A stretch of DNA of 61,735 nucleotides, counting the filler. It is 4 parts of 4 records of this genome, joined end to end, with 100 filler letters (N's around TTAATTAATTAA, not from the genome) between each part and the next. Parts side by side here need not be neighbours in the genome. Positions count along the whole stretch, not along the records: positions 24,093 to 43,357 come from SRR22947725_1922; positions 43,458 to 55,983 come from SRR22947725_1931; 2 more parts are not named here. The stretch is one strand, 5' to 3'. A model generated the notes under the pieces. The model made no database searches. It saw nothing but the letters and a program-made list of their open reading frames with translations, and was not told the origin of the DNA. Shown one piece after another: positions 34,055 to 44,191 of this stretch. Each line of letters opens with the position of its first letter. Position 1 is the first letter of the stretch. The position numbers and the translations under genes were made by a program.

Positions 34055-34198
34055 ATGAAACAGTTTAATAAAGTTTGGTTTTTATGGTTACTACTTGTCT
34101 GTGTTTGGAATTTTGGTTGGCCTGAAGTTAAACCAATATATGACGTTCTTATAGCTGTTTTATTATCTATTTTAATTTATCAGCTTAATAAAAAATAA
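34055..34198 (+). CDS. 47-aa small membrane protein (not in ORF track)
   Basis: Manual translation MKQFNKVWFLWLLLVCVWNFGWPEVKPIYDVLIAVLLSILIYQLNKK*; A-rich context before the ATG, upstream TAnnTTTG, two hydrophobic segments. Confidence 0.7.
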   Translation: MKQFNKVWFLWLLLVCVWNFGWPEVKPIYDVLIAVLLSILIYQLNKK

Positions 34199-34203
34199 AA
34201 AAA

Positions 34204-34809
34204 TTAATTTTTATTATAATCTTTCACTCCAGCTTTAATTTCTGATGCTATGTAGTTCTCACTTGGAACAATTGGGCAAGAAAACTTATAATTATATACA
34301 CAATAGGGATTATATGCTTTGTTAAAGTCAATAGAAATTATTGAATCTTTAGTAACTTTCAGATCAATATATCGACCACCTGAATAGGTGGTAATTCCAT
34401 TAGTATTATCATAAAAAGGAAGAAAAAGTTCATCAATATTGATTTGTTCATTGGTTAATTCTTTATCCTCATAAACATTAAGTTCAAAAGATGAGTCGTT
34501 AAGATTAAATTTAATTTTACCAAATTTATTATAAGTATGCATTCTATCTGTATTCGTTTTCATATCAAATATGCTATCTATTGTATAAGGGGTTAAAACA
34601 GCATTAACAACATAACTTGAGTCAAAATCAAAAAAATCTAACGAAACAAAATCTTGTCTATCATTTTTTGAAAGAGGTGATTTAGTAACATCTTTAAATG
34701 AGGAATTTAATTCTTTTTGAAATTCAGTCAAATTAGGAATATATCTTTTTTGTTCTTTACATGAACTCAAGACAGTAATTATAATTACTAATACAACTAG
34801 ATTTTTCAT
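34204..34809 (-). CDS. DUF1684 family lipoprotein
   Basis: LSSC lipobox; LFLPFYDNTNGITTYSGGRYID, IDFNKAYNPYCVYN..FSCP. Confidence 0.88.
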   Translation of the reverse strand: MKNLVVLVIIITVLSSCKEQKRYIPNLTEFQKELNSSFKDVTKSPLSKNDRQDFVSLDFFDFDSSYVVNAVLTPYTIDSIFDMKTNTDRMHTYNKFGKIKFNLNDSSFELNVYEDKELTNEQINIDELFLPFYDNTNGITTYSGGRYIDLKVTKDSIISIDFNKAYNPYCVYNYKFSCPIVPSENYIASEIKAGVKDYNKN

Positions 34810-34861
34810 GCCAACAATTTATAAATAATTATATTTATAAACATCAATTAATAATATTTAT

Positions 34862-37384
34862 ATGAAAAACTTAAAGTTATTACTAGTCTTTATACTATTA
34901 AGCAATGTTGTAAGCAGTCAAAATTATTTCCTGGAGAATTATAAACCATATAATAATTTAATTTTATCACCAGAAGAATTTTTGGGTTACGAAATAGGAT
35001 TTCAACATACAAGACATGACCAGATTGTTAGTTACCTAACCTACTTGAGCACTGTTTCAAATAAAGCAGATTTAATTAACTATGGCAAAACGCATGAAGG
35101 AAGAAATCTTATTATTTTGACTGTCACATCTGAAAGTAATTTAAATAGATTAGATGACATCCAAAAAGAACATCTAAAAAATACAATTCCTGGAGCATCT
35201 GTTTCTTTAAATGATGATCTGCCAATTATTGTTAATCTTGGATATGGAGTACATGGAAATGAACCTTCCAGTTCAGAAGCTGCTTTACTAACCGCTTATA
35301 CACTTGTAGCGTCAAAAAATAAAAAAATTGAAAAATTTAGACAACAATCTGTTGTTTTTATTGATCCAACAATTAATCCTGATGGACGTGATAGACATAC
35401 TCAATGGGCGAATCAAAATAAATCGATTAATCTTGTAGCAGATCAATATGATTCTGAACATAATGAAGCATGGCCAAGAGGAAGAACAAATCATTATTGG
35501 TTTGATTTAAATAGAGACTGGTTATTAGCAGTTAACCCTGAAAGTCGTAATAAACTAAAATGGTTTCACACTTGGTATCCAAATGTTGTAACTGACTTTC
35601 ACGAAATGGGAACTAATAGTAATTACTTTTTTGAGCCTATGAAAACAAATGCATCAGTTAACCCATTGATTCCTGAAGAAAACTACAATGTTCTTAGTCC
35701 AAAATTTGCTGAATATTATGTTAAAGCATTGGATAGTATTGGTTCATTTTATTATACTAAAGAATCATTTGATGAAACATACCCTGGATACGGATCTTCT
35801 TATCCTGATGTTCAAGGTGGATTGGCTATATTATTTGAACAAGCTAGTTCTAGAGGGCATTTACAAGAAACAAATTATGGTACAATATCCTTTGGGTTTA
35901 CAATTAGAAATCAATATTTATCTAGCATTGCAACAGTAGAGGCTGCTGTAGATAATAAAAAAATGCTTAGAGATTATCAGAAAAGATTTTTTGATTCATC
36001 ATTAAAAGAATTTAAAGATGAAAAAATAAAAGCTTACGAATTTGGTGATTTATATGATCAAAATAGAAATAAAGCTTTTATTGATAAATTATTAGTTCAT
36101 AAAGTAAAGGTTTATAAGAATAAAGGAAAATATGTTGTTCCTGTCAATCAAACGCAATCAAGAATGGTTAAAAATTTCTTTGAAACCTATGATAAATATG
36201 TAGATAGTGTTTTTTATGATGCGTCAGCATGGAGTATGTCAAATTTCTATAATATGAAATCTAGAAAACTTAAAAACTTTACAGCTGAATCAGAGATTTT
36301 GTCAACTAATGACTTAGTGAAAAATATAAAAGTTAATAAATCTAATTACTCTTACATATTAGATTGGGACGATTATAATTCGGTAGCTGCATTAAATTAT
36401 TTACAAAAAAATAATTTAATTACATATTCTGCTTTTAAGCCATTTTCAGTAAAAGTTAATGAAACAAGTGGTATAAAAAATTTCAATTATGGATCAATTT
36501 TAATTCCCGTAAGTAAACAAAAAATATCCTCTGAAAAGTTATATGAAATAATTAAAACTGCCCAAGAAAAATTTAATGTACCAATATATAACTCTAAGTC
36601 TGGTTTTAGTATTAAAGGAATTGATTTAGGTAGTAATAATTTCAGAATCAATAAACCTGTAAAGGTTGCATTACTAATTGGAGAAGGTGTAAATTCATAC
36701 GAAGCAGGAGAAGTTTGGCATCTCATGGATACAAGAGTTGGAATGCCTATTTCAAAAATAAGGTTAAGCCAATTTAGCAGAGTTTCGTTAGATAAGTATA
36801 CTACATTAATAATGGTTTCTGGATCATACAATCAATTAGCCAAAATTGACATTGAGAAAATTAATGACTGGGTTAAAAAAGGCAATACACTTATAACGAT
36901 TGCTAAAGGATCTAGCTGGGTTATAGAAAAAGAATTAGTCAAGGAAACATTACTAGAACCAAGTAATGATTCAATTTTTTCAAGAAAAAACTATGTAAGT
37001 GCAGCAGAAAACATTGGAAGAGAAAGAATTGGTGGCGCTATTTTAAACGTTGATCTGGATTTAACCCACCCATTAGCATTTGGCTATAGAGATTCTTCAA
37101 TTCCAGTTTACAAAAACAACAATGTATTTATTAATATAACTAAGGATCATTATTCTTCAGTTGGAATTTATTCTAAAGATCCTCATATTGATGGATATAT
37201 TTCTGAAAAAAATATGAAAAATAATTTTAAAAATACTGCTTCTTTGATAGTTTCCAGATTAGGTTCTGGTAGAGTAGTAATTTTTGCTGATAATCCCAAT
37301 TTTAGAGGTTCCTGGTATGGAACTAATAAATTATTTTTGAATGCTATATTTTTTGGTGATAATATCAATGTTCCAACAAATTAA
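34862..37384 (+). CDS. zinc carboxypeptidase (M14-like) with C-terminal GATase-like domain, exported
   Basis: Signal peptide, GVHGNE, NPDGRDR, RTNHYWFDLNRDW, DFHEMG. Confidence 0.88.
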   Translation: MKNLKLLLVFILLSNVVSSQNYFLENYKPYNNLILSPEEFLGYEIGFQHTRHDQIVSYLTYLSTVSNKADLINYGKTHEGRNLIILTVTSESNLNRLDDIQKEHLKNTIPGASVSLNDDLPIIVNLGYGVHGNEPSSSEAALLTAYTLVASKNKKIEKFRQQSVVFIDPTINPDGRDRHTQWANQNKSINLVADQYDSEHNEAWPRGRTNHYWFDLNRDWLLAVNPESRNKLKWFHTWYPNVVTDFHEMGTNSNYFFEPMKTNASVNPLIPEENYNVLSPKFAEYYVKALDSIGSFYYTKESFDETYPGYGSSYPDVQGGLAILFEQASSRGHLQETNYGTISFGFTIRNQYLSSIATVEAAVDNKKMLRDYQKRFFDSSLKEFKDEKIKAYEFGDLYDQNRNKAFIDKLLVHKVKVYKNKGKYVVPVNQTQSRMVKNFFETYDKYVDSVFYDASAWSMSNFYNMKSRKLKNFTAESEILSTNDLVKNIKVNKSNYSYILDWDDYNSVAALNYLQKNNLITYSAFKPFSVKVNETSGIKNFNYGSILIPVSKQKISSEKLYEIIKTAQEKFNVPIYNSKSGFSIKGIDLGSNNFRINKPVKVALLIGEGVNSYEAGEVWHLMDTRVGMPISKIRLSQFSRVSLDKYTTLIMVSGSYNQLAKIDIEKINDWVKKGNTLITIAKGSSWVIEKELVKETLLEPSNDSIFSRKNYVSAAENIGRERIGGAILNVDLDLTHPLAFGYRDSSIPVYKNNNVFINITKDHYSSVGIYSKDPHIDGYISEKNMKNNFKNTASLIVSRLGSGRVVIFADNPNFRGSWYGTNKLFLNAIFFGDNINVPTN

Positions 37385-37394
37385 ATTTAATTAT

Positions 37395-38978
37395 ATGAAA
37401 AAATCAATATCATACATACTTGCTTTTCTATTATTCAATATTAGTTTTTCACAACTGTCTGAAATAGAAAACAAACAACATGATCAACTGATCATTAGAG
37501 GGGTAACACTCATAAATGGAGATGGATCACCACCTAGAGGACCTATTGATATAGTTGTAAGAAAAAATATTATTTCTAACATTCAAGTTGTTGGATATCC
37601 AGGAGTTGAAATTAATGAATCCAGCAGACCTAAATTAGAAAAAGGAGGTGTCGAAATTAATGCAAATGGAATGTATTTAATGCCTGGATTTATTGATATG
37701 CATGGACATATTGGTGGAGTTGCTCAAGGAGCTAGCTCTGAGTATGTATTCAAATTATGGATGGCTCATGGTGTAACCACTGTTAGGGAACCTAGCGGTA
37801 GAGGAATTGATTGGACATTGAATTTAAAGAAACTTAGTGCAGAAAATAAAATAATAGCACCAAGAATTTTTGCATATACAGGTTTTGGTCAAACTGGAAA
37901 TGATTTCAATCCATTGAACGGTGCTCCAATTAGTACTGCTGAAATGGCTAGAACTTGGGTAAGAGCTAATGCAAAAAAGGGTGCTGATGGAATTAAATTT
38001 TTTGGAGCTGAACCAGAAATTATGGCTGCAGCTTTGGACGAAAATAAAAAATTGGGGTTGGGATCTGCTTGTCATCATGCACAGTTAAGTGTTGCTAGGT
38101 GGAATGTGTTAAATTCGGCAAGAGCTGGACTAACTTCAATGGAACATTGGTATGGGTTACCTGAAGCTTTATTTACAGATAGGACTGTTCAAAATTATCC
38201 ATTAGATTATAATTATCAAAATGAGCAAGACAGATTTGAAGAAGCTGGTAAACTTTGGAAACAAGCAGCAGAACCTTATTCAAAACATTGGAATTCGGTA
38301 ATGAACGAATTAATAGAACTAGATTTCACTTTAGATCCTACATTTAATATTTATGAAGCAAGTCGAGATTTACAAAGAGCCAGAAGAGCAGAATGGCATG
38401 AAGATTATACCCTACCAACTTTATGGGAGTTTTTTGAGCCCAGTAAAATTTCACATGGGTCATATTGGCATGATTGGGGAACAGAGCAAGAAATAGAATG
38501 GAAAGAAAATTTTAGACTCTGGATGATATTTATAAATGAATATAAAAATAGAGGAGGAAGAGTAACTACAGGGTCCGACTCGGGATTTATATACCAACTA
38601 TACGGATTCGCTTACGTAAGAGAATTAGAGCTACTTAGAGAAGCTGGGTTTCATCCGCTGGAAGTTATTAGATCTGCAACTTTAAATGGAGCTGAAGCAC
38701 TAAAAATGGATGATAAAATTGGTTCTGTACAAGTTGGTAAGTATGCAGATTTAGTTATTGTTGAAGAAAACCCACTAAAGAATTTTAAAACACTTTACGG
38801 CACAGGAGCTATAAAACTTACTACTGATAACGAAGTGGTTAGAGTTGGAGGTGTTAAATATACAATTAAAGACGGGGTAGTCTATGATGCAAAGAAGTTA
38901 CTTAATGATGTAAAAAAAATGGTAGACTCTGAGAAATTAAAAACGAGTTGGAAGCTTAAACAACCTGGAGTTAATTAG
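37395..38978 (+). CDS. exported amidohydrolase family protein
   Basis: MPGFIDMHGH (HxH), GSDSG, SATLNGA, GKYADL; start placed at ATG 37395 (MKKSIS... signal peptide). Confidence 0.88.
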   Translation: MKKSISYILAFLLFNISFSQLSEIENKQHDQLIIRGVTLINGDGSPPRGPIDIVVRKNIISNIQVVGYPGVEINESSRPKLEKGGVEINANGMYLMPGFIDMHGHIGGVAQGASSEYVFKLWMAHGVTTVREPSGRGIDWTLNLKKLSAENKIIAPRIFAYTGFGQTGNDFNPLNGAPISTAEMARTWVRANAKKGADGIKFFGAEPEIMAAALDENKKLGLGSACHHAQLSVARWNVLNSARAGLTSMEHWYGLPEALFTDRTVQNYPLDYNYQNEQDRFEEAGKLWKQAAEPYSKHWNSVMNELIELDFTLDPTFNIYEASRDLQRARRAEWHEDYTLPTLWEFFEPSKISHGSYWHDWGTEQEIEWKENFRLWMIFINEYKNRGGRVTTGSDSGFIYQLYGFAYVRELELLREAGFHPLEVIRSATLNGAEALKMDDKIGSVQVGKYADLVIVEENPLKNFKTLYGTGAIKLTTDNEVVRVGGVKYTIKDGVVYDAKKLLNDVKKMVDSEKLKTSWKLKQPGVN

Positions 38979-39073
38979 CAGCAATTTTCACTGGAACAAG
39001 AAATACAGGTACAATTTTTACAATCTCCGTTTTTACATGGTTCACATGAACAAGTACAAGATAAATTTTTCAT
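38975..39073 (-). CDS. 32-aa cysteine-rich, metallothionein-like peptide (not in ORF track)
   Basis: Manual translation MKNLSCTCSCEPCKNGDCKNCTCISCSSENCC*; 10 Cys, no aromatic residue or His; fills the gap between two genes. Confidence 0.75.
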   Translation of the reverse strand: MKNLSCTCSCEPCKNGDCKNCTCISCSSENCC

Positions 39074-39106
39074 AGTAATGATTTAAATAAATTTACAAAA
39101 AATATT

Positions 39107-40030
39107 TTAAAGGGATAGCTGATCTCCAAATCTTGCAAAGTTATATCCCAACTTTGTGATACTGTCTATAGCAGAATTGTTTTCTTGTAATGAAATATTT
39201 GTGTGATTAAAATGAATGAAATATATTTTATTTTTCACTCCTTTAGATTCATTTTTAAATAAATTTAATGTTTCCTCCATAAAAGGATGAGGAATCTCAT
39301 CCATAGATCTATCCACCTCTCCATCTTTAAAAAATGTAGCGTCTAAAAAGGCATAATCTACATCTTTAACTTCATTTATTATGTCTTTATTCCATAAATT
39401 CCATTTGTTAATATCAGGTATAAATAATGCAGACTTGTTGGGTCCCATTATTTTATACCCAACTGTTTCAGAAAACTCATCCCTGTGTGGAACCGTAAAT
39501 GGAACAATTTTTAAATTATTAGAAATTGAGATTTTTTCATTATTAAATATTTCAGTTAAATGAATATTCTTGAGATCAATCAATTGATTCCATGGACTAT
39601 TTGATTCAAGAAAAATTTTCATTTTAGGCATAACGTATACTGGAACTTTGTAAGCCCCCAAAGCCTCTCTTCCAAAGTACATTAAACCAGTGTAGTGTCC
39701 AATATGTGCATGAGTAATAAAAACTCCGTCGATTATAGTAGAAGAATTATTCTTATTTTTTAAAAACTTTAATTGCATACTAATATCTGGTGTTGCCTCT
39801 AATAAATAAGATTTATTATCAACTAAATCGGTTACACCTAGACTAGTTACAAAGTTTAGAGCTTTTGAATTAAAATTTTTGTTGCAACAAAATTTTTCAC
39901 ACCCAATGTGTGGATAGCCAGCATCTTGCACATTACCTAAAACAGTAATAAACTGATTAGGTAGTTCCTGTTTTACACATGAAAAAAAAGTTAGAGATAT
40001 AAATAGAAATAAGTATATAAGTTTATTCAA
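39107..40030 (-). CDS. PqqB-like metallo-beta-lactamase fold lipoprotein
   Basis: LGNVQDAGYPHIGCEKFCC, EATPD, THAHIGHY, VPHRDEFSETVGY, FIPDI, DATF, FIHFNHTN; FFSC lipobox; TTG start. Confidence 0.82.
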   Translation of the reverse strand: MNKLIYLFLFISLTFFSCVKQELPNQFITVLGNVQDAGYPHIGCEKFCCNKNFNSKALNFVTSLGVTDLVDNKSYLLEATPDISMQLKFLKNKNNSSTIIDGVFITHAHIGHYTGLMYFGREALGAYKVPVYVMPKMKIFLESNSPWNQLIDLKNIHLTEIFNNEKISISNNLKIVPFTVPHRDEFSETVGYKIMGPNKSALFIPDINKWNLWNKDIINEVKDVDYAFLDATFFKDGEVDRSMDEIPHPFMEETLNLFKNESKGVKNKIYFIHFNHTNISLQENNSAIDSITKLGYNFARFGDQLSL

Positions 40031-40043
40031 AATAATTATTTAA

Positions 40044-40871
40044 TCAATTTATAGATGATAAAATATCTTCCATTTGGGATTGAATTTCTTGAGCATTTTT
40101 AGCAGCATATATATCAAAATTAGTGTCATTAGAAGCATAAATAATTGACCTGGACGAATTGATTAAAAGCCCAACTTCATTATTCAAACCATTATCACAA
40201 ACTTCTTTTAAATCCCCTCCTTGAGCACCAACTCCAGGAATTAACAGAAAATTATTTGGCACTATATTTCTAATTTCCTTTAAATAAGAGGCCTTTGTAG
40301 CACCTACTACATACATTAATTGATTGGAGTTTTTCCAGCTAGTACTTGTTCTTATAACCTCTTCATAAAGCTTTTTAGAATTATCTGCTATATTTTTTGT
40401 TTGAAAATCGAATGCACCAACGTTGGATGTTAACGCTAAAATAATAGTATGTTTATTTTGATATTCTAAAAATGGTTCGACAGAATCTTTTCCCATGTAA
40501 GGATTAATTGTAATACTGTCAAAATTAAGAGTTTCAAAATATGCTTTTGCATACATGGAACTTGTATTACCAATATCTCCTCTTTTAGCATCAGCAATTG
40601 TAAATATCTCTGGGTAATAGGAGTTTATGTAATTAATTGTTTTTTCAAGAGCTTTCCAGCCATTTAAACCCAAAGATTCATAAAACGCTATATTTGGTTT
40701 GTAAGCAACACAATAAGAATTGGTAGCATCAATAATTTTTTTGTTAAATTCAAAAATAGGATCATCTGTATCTAATAAAAATTTAGGTATTTTATTTATA
40801 TCAGTATCAAGACCAATACATAAAAAAGATTTTTTTCTTTTTATTTGACTTATTAAATCCTCTTTTTTCAT
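40044..40871 (-). CDS. pyrF: orotidine-5'-phosphate decarboxylase
   Basis: LCIGLD, YKPNIAFYE, DAKRGDIGNTS, VVGAT, PGVGAQGG, INSSRSIIYA. Confidence 0.96.
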   Translation of the reverse strand: MKKEDLISQIKRKKSFLCIGLDTDINKIPKFLLDTDDPIFEFNKKIIDATNSYCVAYKPNIAFYESLGLNGWKALEKTINYINSYYPEIFTIADAKRGDIGNTSSMYAKAYFETLNFDSITINPYMGKDSVEPFLEYQNKHTIILALTSNVGAFDFQTKNIADNSKKLYEEVIRTSTSWKNSNQLMYVVGATKASYLKEIRNIVPNNFLLIPGVGAQGGDLKEVCDNGLNNEVGLLINSSRSIIYASNDTNFDIYAAKNAQEIQSQMEDILSSIN

Positions 40872-41948
40872 CTAAATATTTTCATTACTAGCTTTTAATA
40901 TTTCCGTATTCTCAGCTAACATTAATTCGTCAACAATTTTTTGAATATCTCCATTAATTATGTTGGAAAGATCATATAAAGTTAAACCAATTCTGTGGTC
41001 AGTAACTCTTCCTTGCGCATAGTTGTATGTTCTAATTTTAGCACTTCTGTCCCCAGTTGAAACCATACTTTTCCGCTTTTCAGAATCTGCTGCTTGCTTT
41101 TTTGCTAATTCAATTTCATACAATCTTGATCTCAGAACCTTTAAAGCTTTTTCTAAATTCTTATGAGATGATTTTTGATCCTGACAACTTACTATCATTC
41201 CTGTAGGTTCATGGTGTAGCTTTATAGCTGAATAGGTTGTATTGACAGACTGACCTCCGGGTCCTGTTGAGGTTGTTCTTTCAATTCTAACGTCTTGCAT
41301 ATTTAATTCAACATCAAACTCTTCAGCTTCTGGTAAAACAATAACTGAAGCAGCACTTGTATGTACCCTTCCTTGAGTTTCCGTTTGAGGGACTCGTTGA
41401 ACTCTGTGAACACCAGCTTCAAACTTTAATGTTCCATAGACTTCAGCTCCTGAAACCTCAAATATAATTTCTTTGTAACCTCCAGATGTACCTTCGTTAT
41501 AATCAACTAAATTAATTGTCCAGCCCCTGCCTTCGCAATATTTCGTGTACATTCTATATAAATCTCCGGCAAAAATACTCGCTTCGTCACCTCCAGCACC
41601 AGCTCTTAATTCAACAACTACATTTTTAGCATCATCTGGGTCTTTTGGAATTAACAACACTTTGATTTCTTCTTCAATTTTAGGTATTTCTTTTTTAGCT
41701 TCATCTAATTGAAGCTTAGCCATTTCTATCATTTCTGGATCTTTTTCGTTGGATATTATTTCTTCTGCTTCTGAAATATTATCTAAAAGAGACTTATAAA
41801 CTTCTCCAATATCAACAATGGTCTTTATGTCTTTATATTCTTTAGTTAATTGAACATATTTTTTTTGATCAGAAATAATATCAGGTTGAATTATAAGGTC
41901 GTTCAACTCATCAAATCTCTGATTTACTATATTTATTTTTTGTAACAT
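40872..41948 (-). CDS. prfA: peptide chain release factor 1
   Basis: [12 protein letters not shown] (PxT), [23 protein letters not shown]. Confidence 0.96.
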   Translation of the reverse strand: MLQKINIVNQRFDELNDLIIQPDIISDQKKYVQLTKEYKDIKTIVDIGEVYKSLLDNISEAEEIISNEKDPEMIEMAKLQLDEAKKEIPKIEEEIKVLLIPKDPDDAKNVVVELRAGAGGDEASIFAGDLYRMYTKYCEGRGWTINLVDYNEGTSGGYKEIIFEVSGAEVYGTLKFEAGVHRVQRVPQTETQGRVHTSAASVIVLPEAEEFDVELNMQDVRIERTTSTGPGGQSVNTTYSAIKLHHEPTGMIVSCQDQKSSHKNLEKALKVLRSRLYEIELAKKQAADSEKRKSMVSTGDRSAKIRTYNYAQGRVTDHRIGLTLYDLSNIINGDIQKIVDELMLAENTEILKASNENI

Positions 41949-42010
41949 TCTTTAATTTGAAATGTAAAAATACAACAATTAATAATTTTATTAAATGATA
42001 AAACTAGTCC

Positions 42011-43198
42011 TTATTTATATGAAAATTCTCCATACTTTGAAGTAATGGTTAATTTTTTTTCTGATGATTTTTCTACTCTACCAATTATTTTCGCTTCAAT
42101 ATTAAAGCTATTAGAAATAGCTATAATTTTATCTGCAATTGTTGGGTGAACATATAATTCCATTCTGTGACCGCAGTTAAAAACTTTATACATTTCATGC
42201 CATGAAGTATTAGATTGCTTTTGTATAAGCTCAAATAAAACTGGAATTTCAAACATATTATTTTTAATTACATGTAAGTTATCGTTTAAAAAATGAAGTA
42301 TTTTTGTTTGGGCTCCTCCACTACAATGAACCATTCCTTTAATGCTGGATTTATCAACTTTTGAAAGAATTTCTTTGATCACAGGAGCATATGTTCTTGT
42401 AGGCGATAAAACTAATTTTCCAGCATCTAAAGGAGAGCCTTCAATTTTTTGATTTAGTTTGATTTTTCCTGAATAAATTAATTCACTCGGAATAGATTGA
42501 TCAAAACTCTCTGGATATTTTTTAGCTAAATATTTATCAAATACATCATGTCTAGCTGAAGTTAATCCATTACTTCCCATTCCACCGTTGTACTCATTTT
42601 CATATGTCGATTGACCAGAAGATGAAAGACCTATTATTACATTTCCATCATCAATATTAGAATTATCAATAATATCCGATCTTTTTATTCTCGCAGTTAC
42701 AGTTGAATCAACTATTATTGTTCTGACCAAATCCCCCACATCAGCGGTTTCTCCACCAGTAGAATATATACCTATACCATATTTTTTTAAGTCTTTAATT
42801 ATTTCCTCAGTACCATTAATTATAGAAGAGATTACTTCACCAGGAATTAAATTCTTATTTCTCCCAATTGTTGAAGAAAGCATAATATTATTTGTTGCGC
42901 CAACACAAATTAAGTCATCAATATTCATAACCAATGCATCTTGAGCAATCCCTTTCCAAACTGATAAATCTCCTGTTTCCTTCCAATACATGTAAGCTAA
43001 GGAACTTTTAGTACCGGCTCCGTCAGCATGCATAACTATACAATATTCATCATCATTGGATAAATAATCTGGGACTACTTTACAAAAAGCCTTTGGAAAT
43101 AATCCTTTGTCAATATTTTTAATAGCCGCGTGTACATCTTCTTTAGAAGCAGAAACTCCTCTTAAATCATATCGATTGTTTGATTTTTTATTAATCAT
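42011..43198 (-). CDS. purM: phosphoribosylformylglycinamidine cyclo-ligase (AIR synthase, Bacteroidetes type)
   Basis: RGVSASKEDVH, HADGAGTKS, MNIDD, GGETADVGD, GSNGLTSARH, HCSGG, FNCG. Confidence 0.92.
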   Translation of the reverse strand: MINKKSNNRYDLRGVSASKEDVHAAIKNIDKGLFPKAFCKVVPDYLSNDDEYCIVMHADGAGTKSSLAYMYWKETGDLSVWKGIAQDALVMNIDDLICVGATNNIMLSSTIGRNKNLIPGEVISSIINGTEEIIKDLKKYGIGIYSTGGETADVGDLVRTIIVDSTVTARIKRSDIIDNSNIDDGNVIIGLSSSGQSTYENEYNGGMGSNGLTSARHDVFDKYLAKKYPESFDQSIPSELIYSGKIKLNQKIEGSPLDAGKLVLSPTRTYAPVIKEILSKVDKSSIKGMVHCSGGAQTKILHFLNDNLHVIKNNMFEIPVLFELIQKQSNTSWHEMYKVFNCGHRMELYVHPTIADKIIAISNSFNIEAKIIGRVEKSSEKKLTITSKYGEFSYK

Positions 43199-43357
43199 TT
43201 ATTAAAAAATATTTTTATTCAACAAAAATATTAAACTATTATAGTTTTGTAATTATAAAAAGTAAATAATGATTAATTTAAATTTTTTATTAAAAATATA
43301 AAGAGTTTATTAACAAATTCTAATAAATAGAAACAAATAAGTTAGTTTTGTTTTTTT

Positions 43358-43457
43358 NNNNNNNNNNNNNNNNNNNNNNNNNNNNNNNNNNNNNNNNNNN
43401 NTTAATTAATTAANNNNNNNNNNNNNNNNNNNNNNNNNNNNNNNNNNNNNNNNNNNN
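43358..43457. other. artificial contig linker N44-TTAATTAATTAA-N44
   Basis: Identical 100-bp spacer; base composition changes visibly across it. Confidence 0.97.
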
Positions 43458-43639
<182 letters not shown>

Positions 43640-43656
43640 CTAATTAATGCGCTGTT

Positions 43657-44133
43657 TTAGAATCTAAAATGTGAAAATGCTTTGTTGGCTTCTGCCATCT
43701 TATGCGTGTCAACACGTTTTTTAACGGCTCCACCCTCTTCTTTTTCAGCAGCTAAAATTTCAGAAGCTAACTTTAAAGCCATGGATTTTTCATTACGCTT
43801 GCGTGAGTAACTAATTAACCATTTCATAGCCATTGAAATTTTACGGTCTGGACGAATTTGCATCGGTATTTGGAAGGTAGCCCCTCCTACACGACGGCTA
43901 CGCACCTCTACGTGTGGCATAACATTAGAAAGAGCGTCTTTCCATACTTGGAGTGCATCTTTCTCATCGTCTTGTTTTTTGGCGTCAACAATATCGATGG
44001 CGTCATAAAATATTGTAAAAGCAACAGATTTTTTTCCGCTCCACATTAAGTTGTTCACAAAACGGGTAACCAGTTGGTCATTGAATCGCGGGTCGGGAAG
44101 TAAAGGGCGTTTTTTCGCCTTTCTTTTTCTCAT
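43657..44133 (-). CDS. rpsG: 30S ribosomal protein S7
   Basis: [42 protein letters not shown]. Confidence 0.98.
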   Translation of the reverse strand: MRKRKAKKRPLLPDPRFNDQLVTRFVNNLMWSGKKSVAFTIFYDAIDIVDAKKQDDEKDALQVWKDALSNVMPHVEVRSRRVGGATFQIPMQIRPDRKISMAMKWLISYSRKRNEKSMALKLASEILAAEKEEGGAVKKRVDTHKMAEANKAFSHFRF

Positions 44134-44191
44134 ATTCTTGTTTTGAGTGGTTCAAGCTCGCTTGAACGTCATGTTACATTATCGCTACTTG

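Noticed and set aside
39107-40030. PQQ biosynthesis locus with the Cys-rich ORF as PqqA
   Set aside because: No pqqC/D/E genes are present, the peptide lacks the ExxxY motif, and the protein has an export signal.
27420-43357. TAnnTTTA as a lineage-specific variant of the -7 promoter element before several contig 2 genes
   Set aside because: An all-A/T motif in extremely AT-rich intergenic DNA cannot be distinguished from chance by eye.
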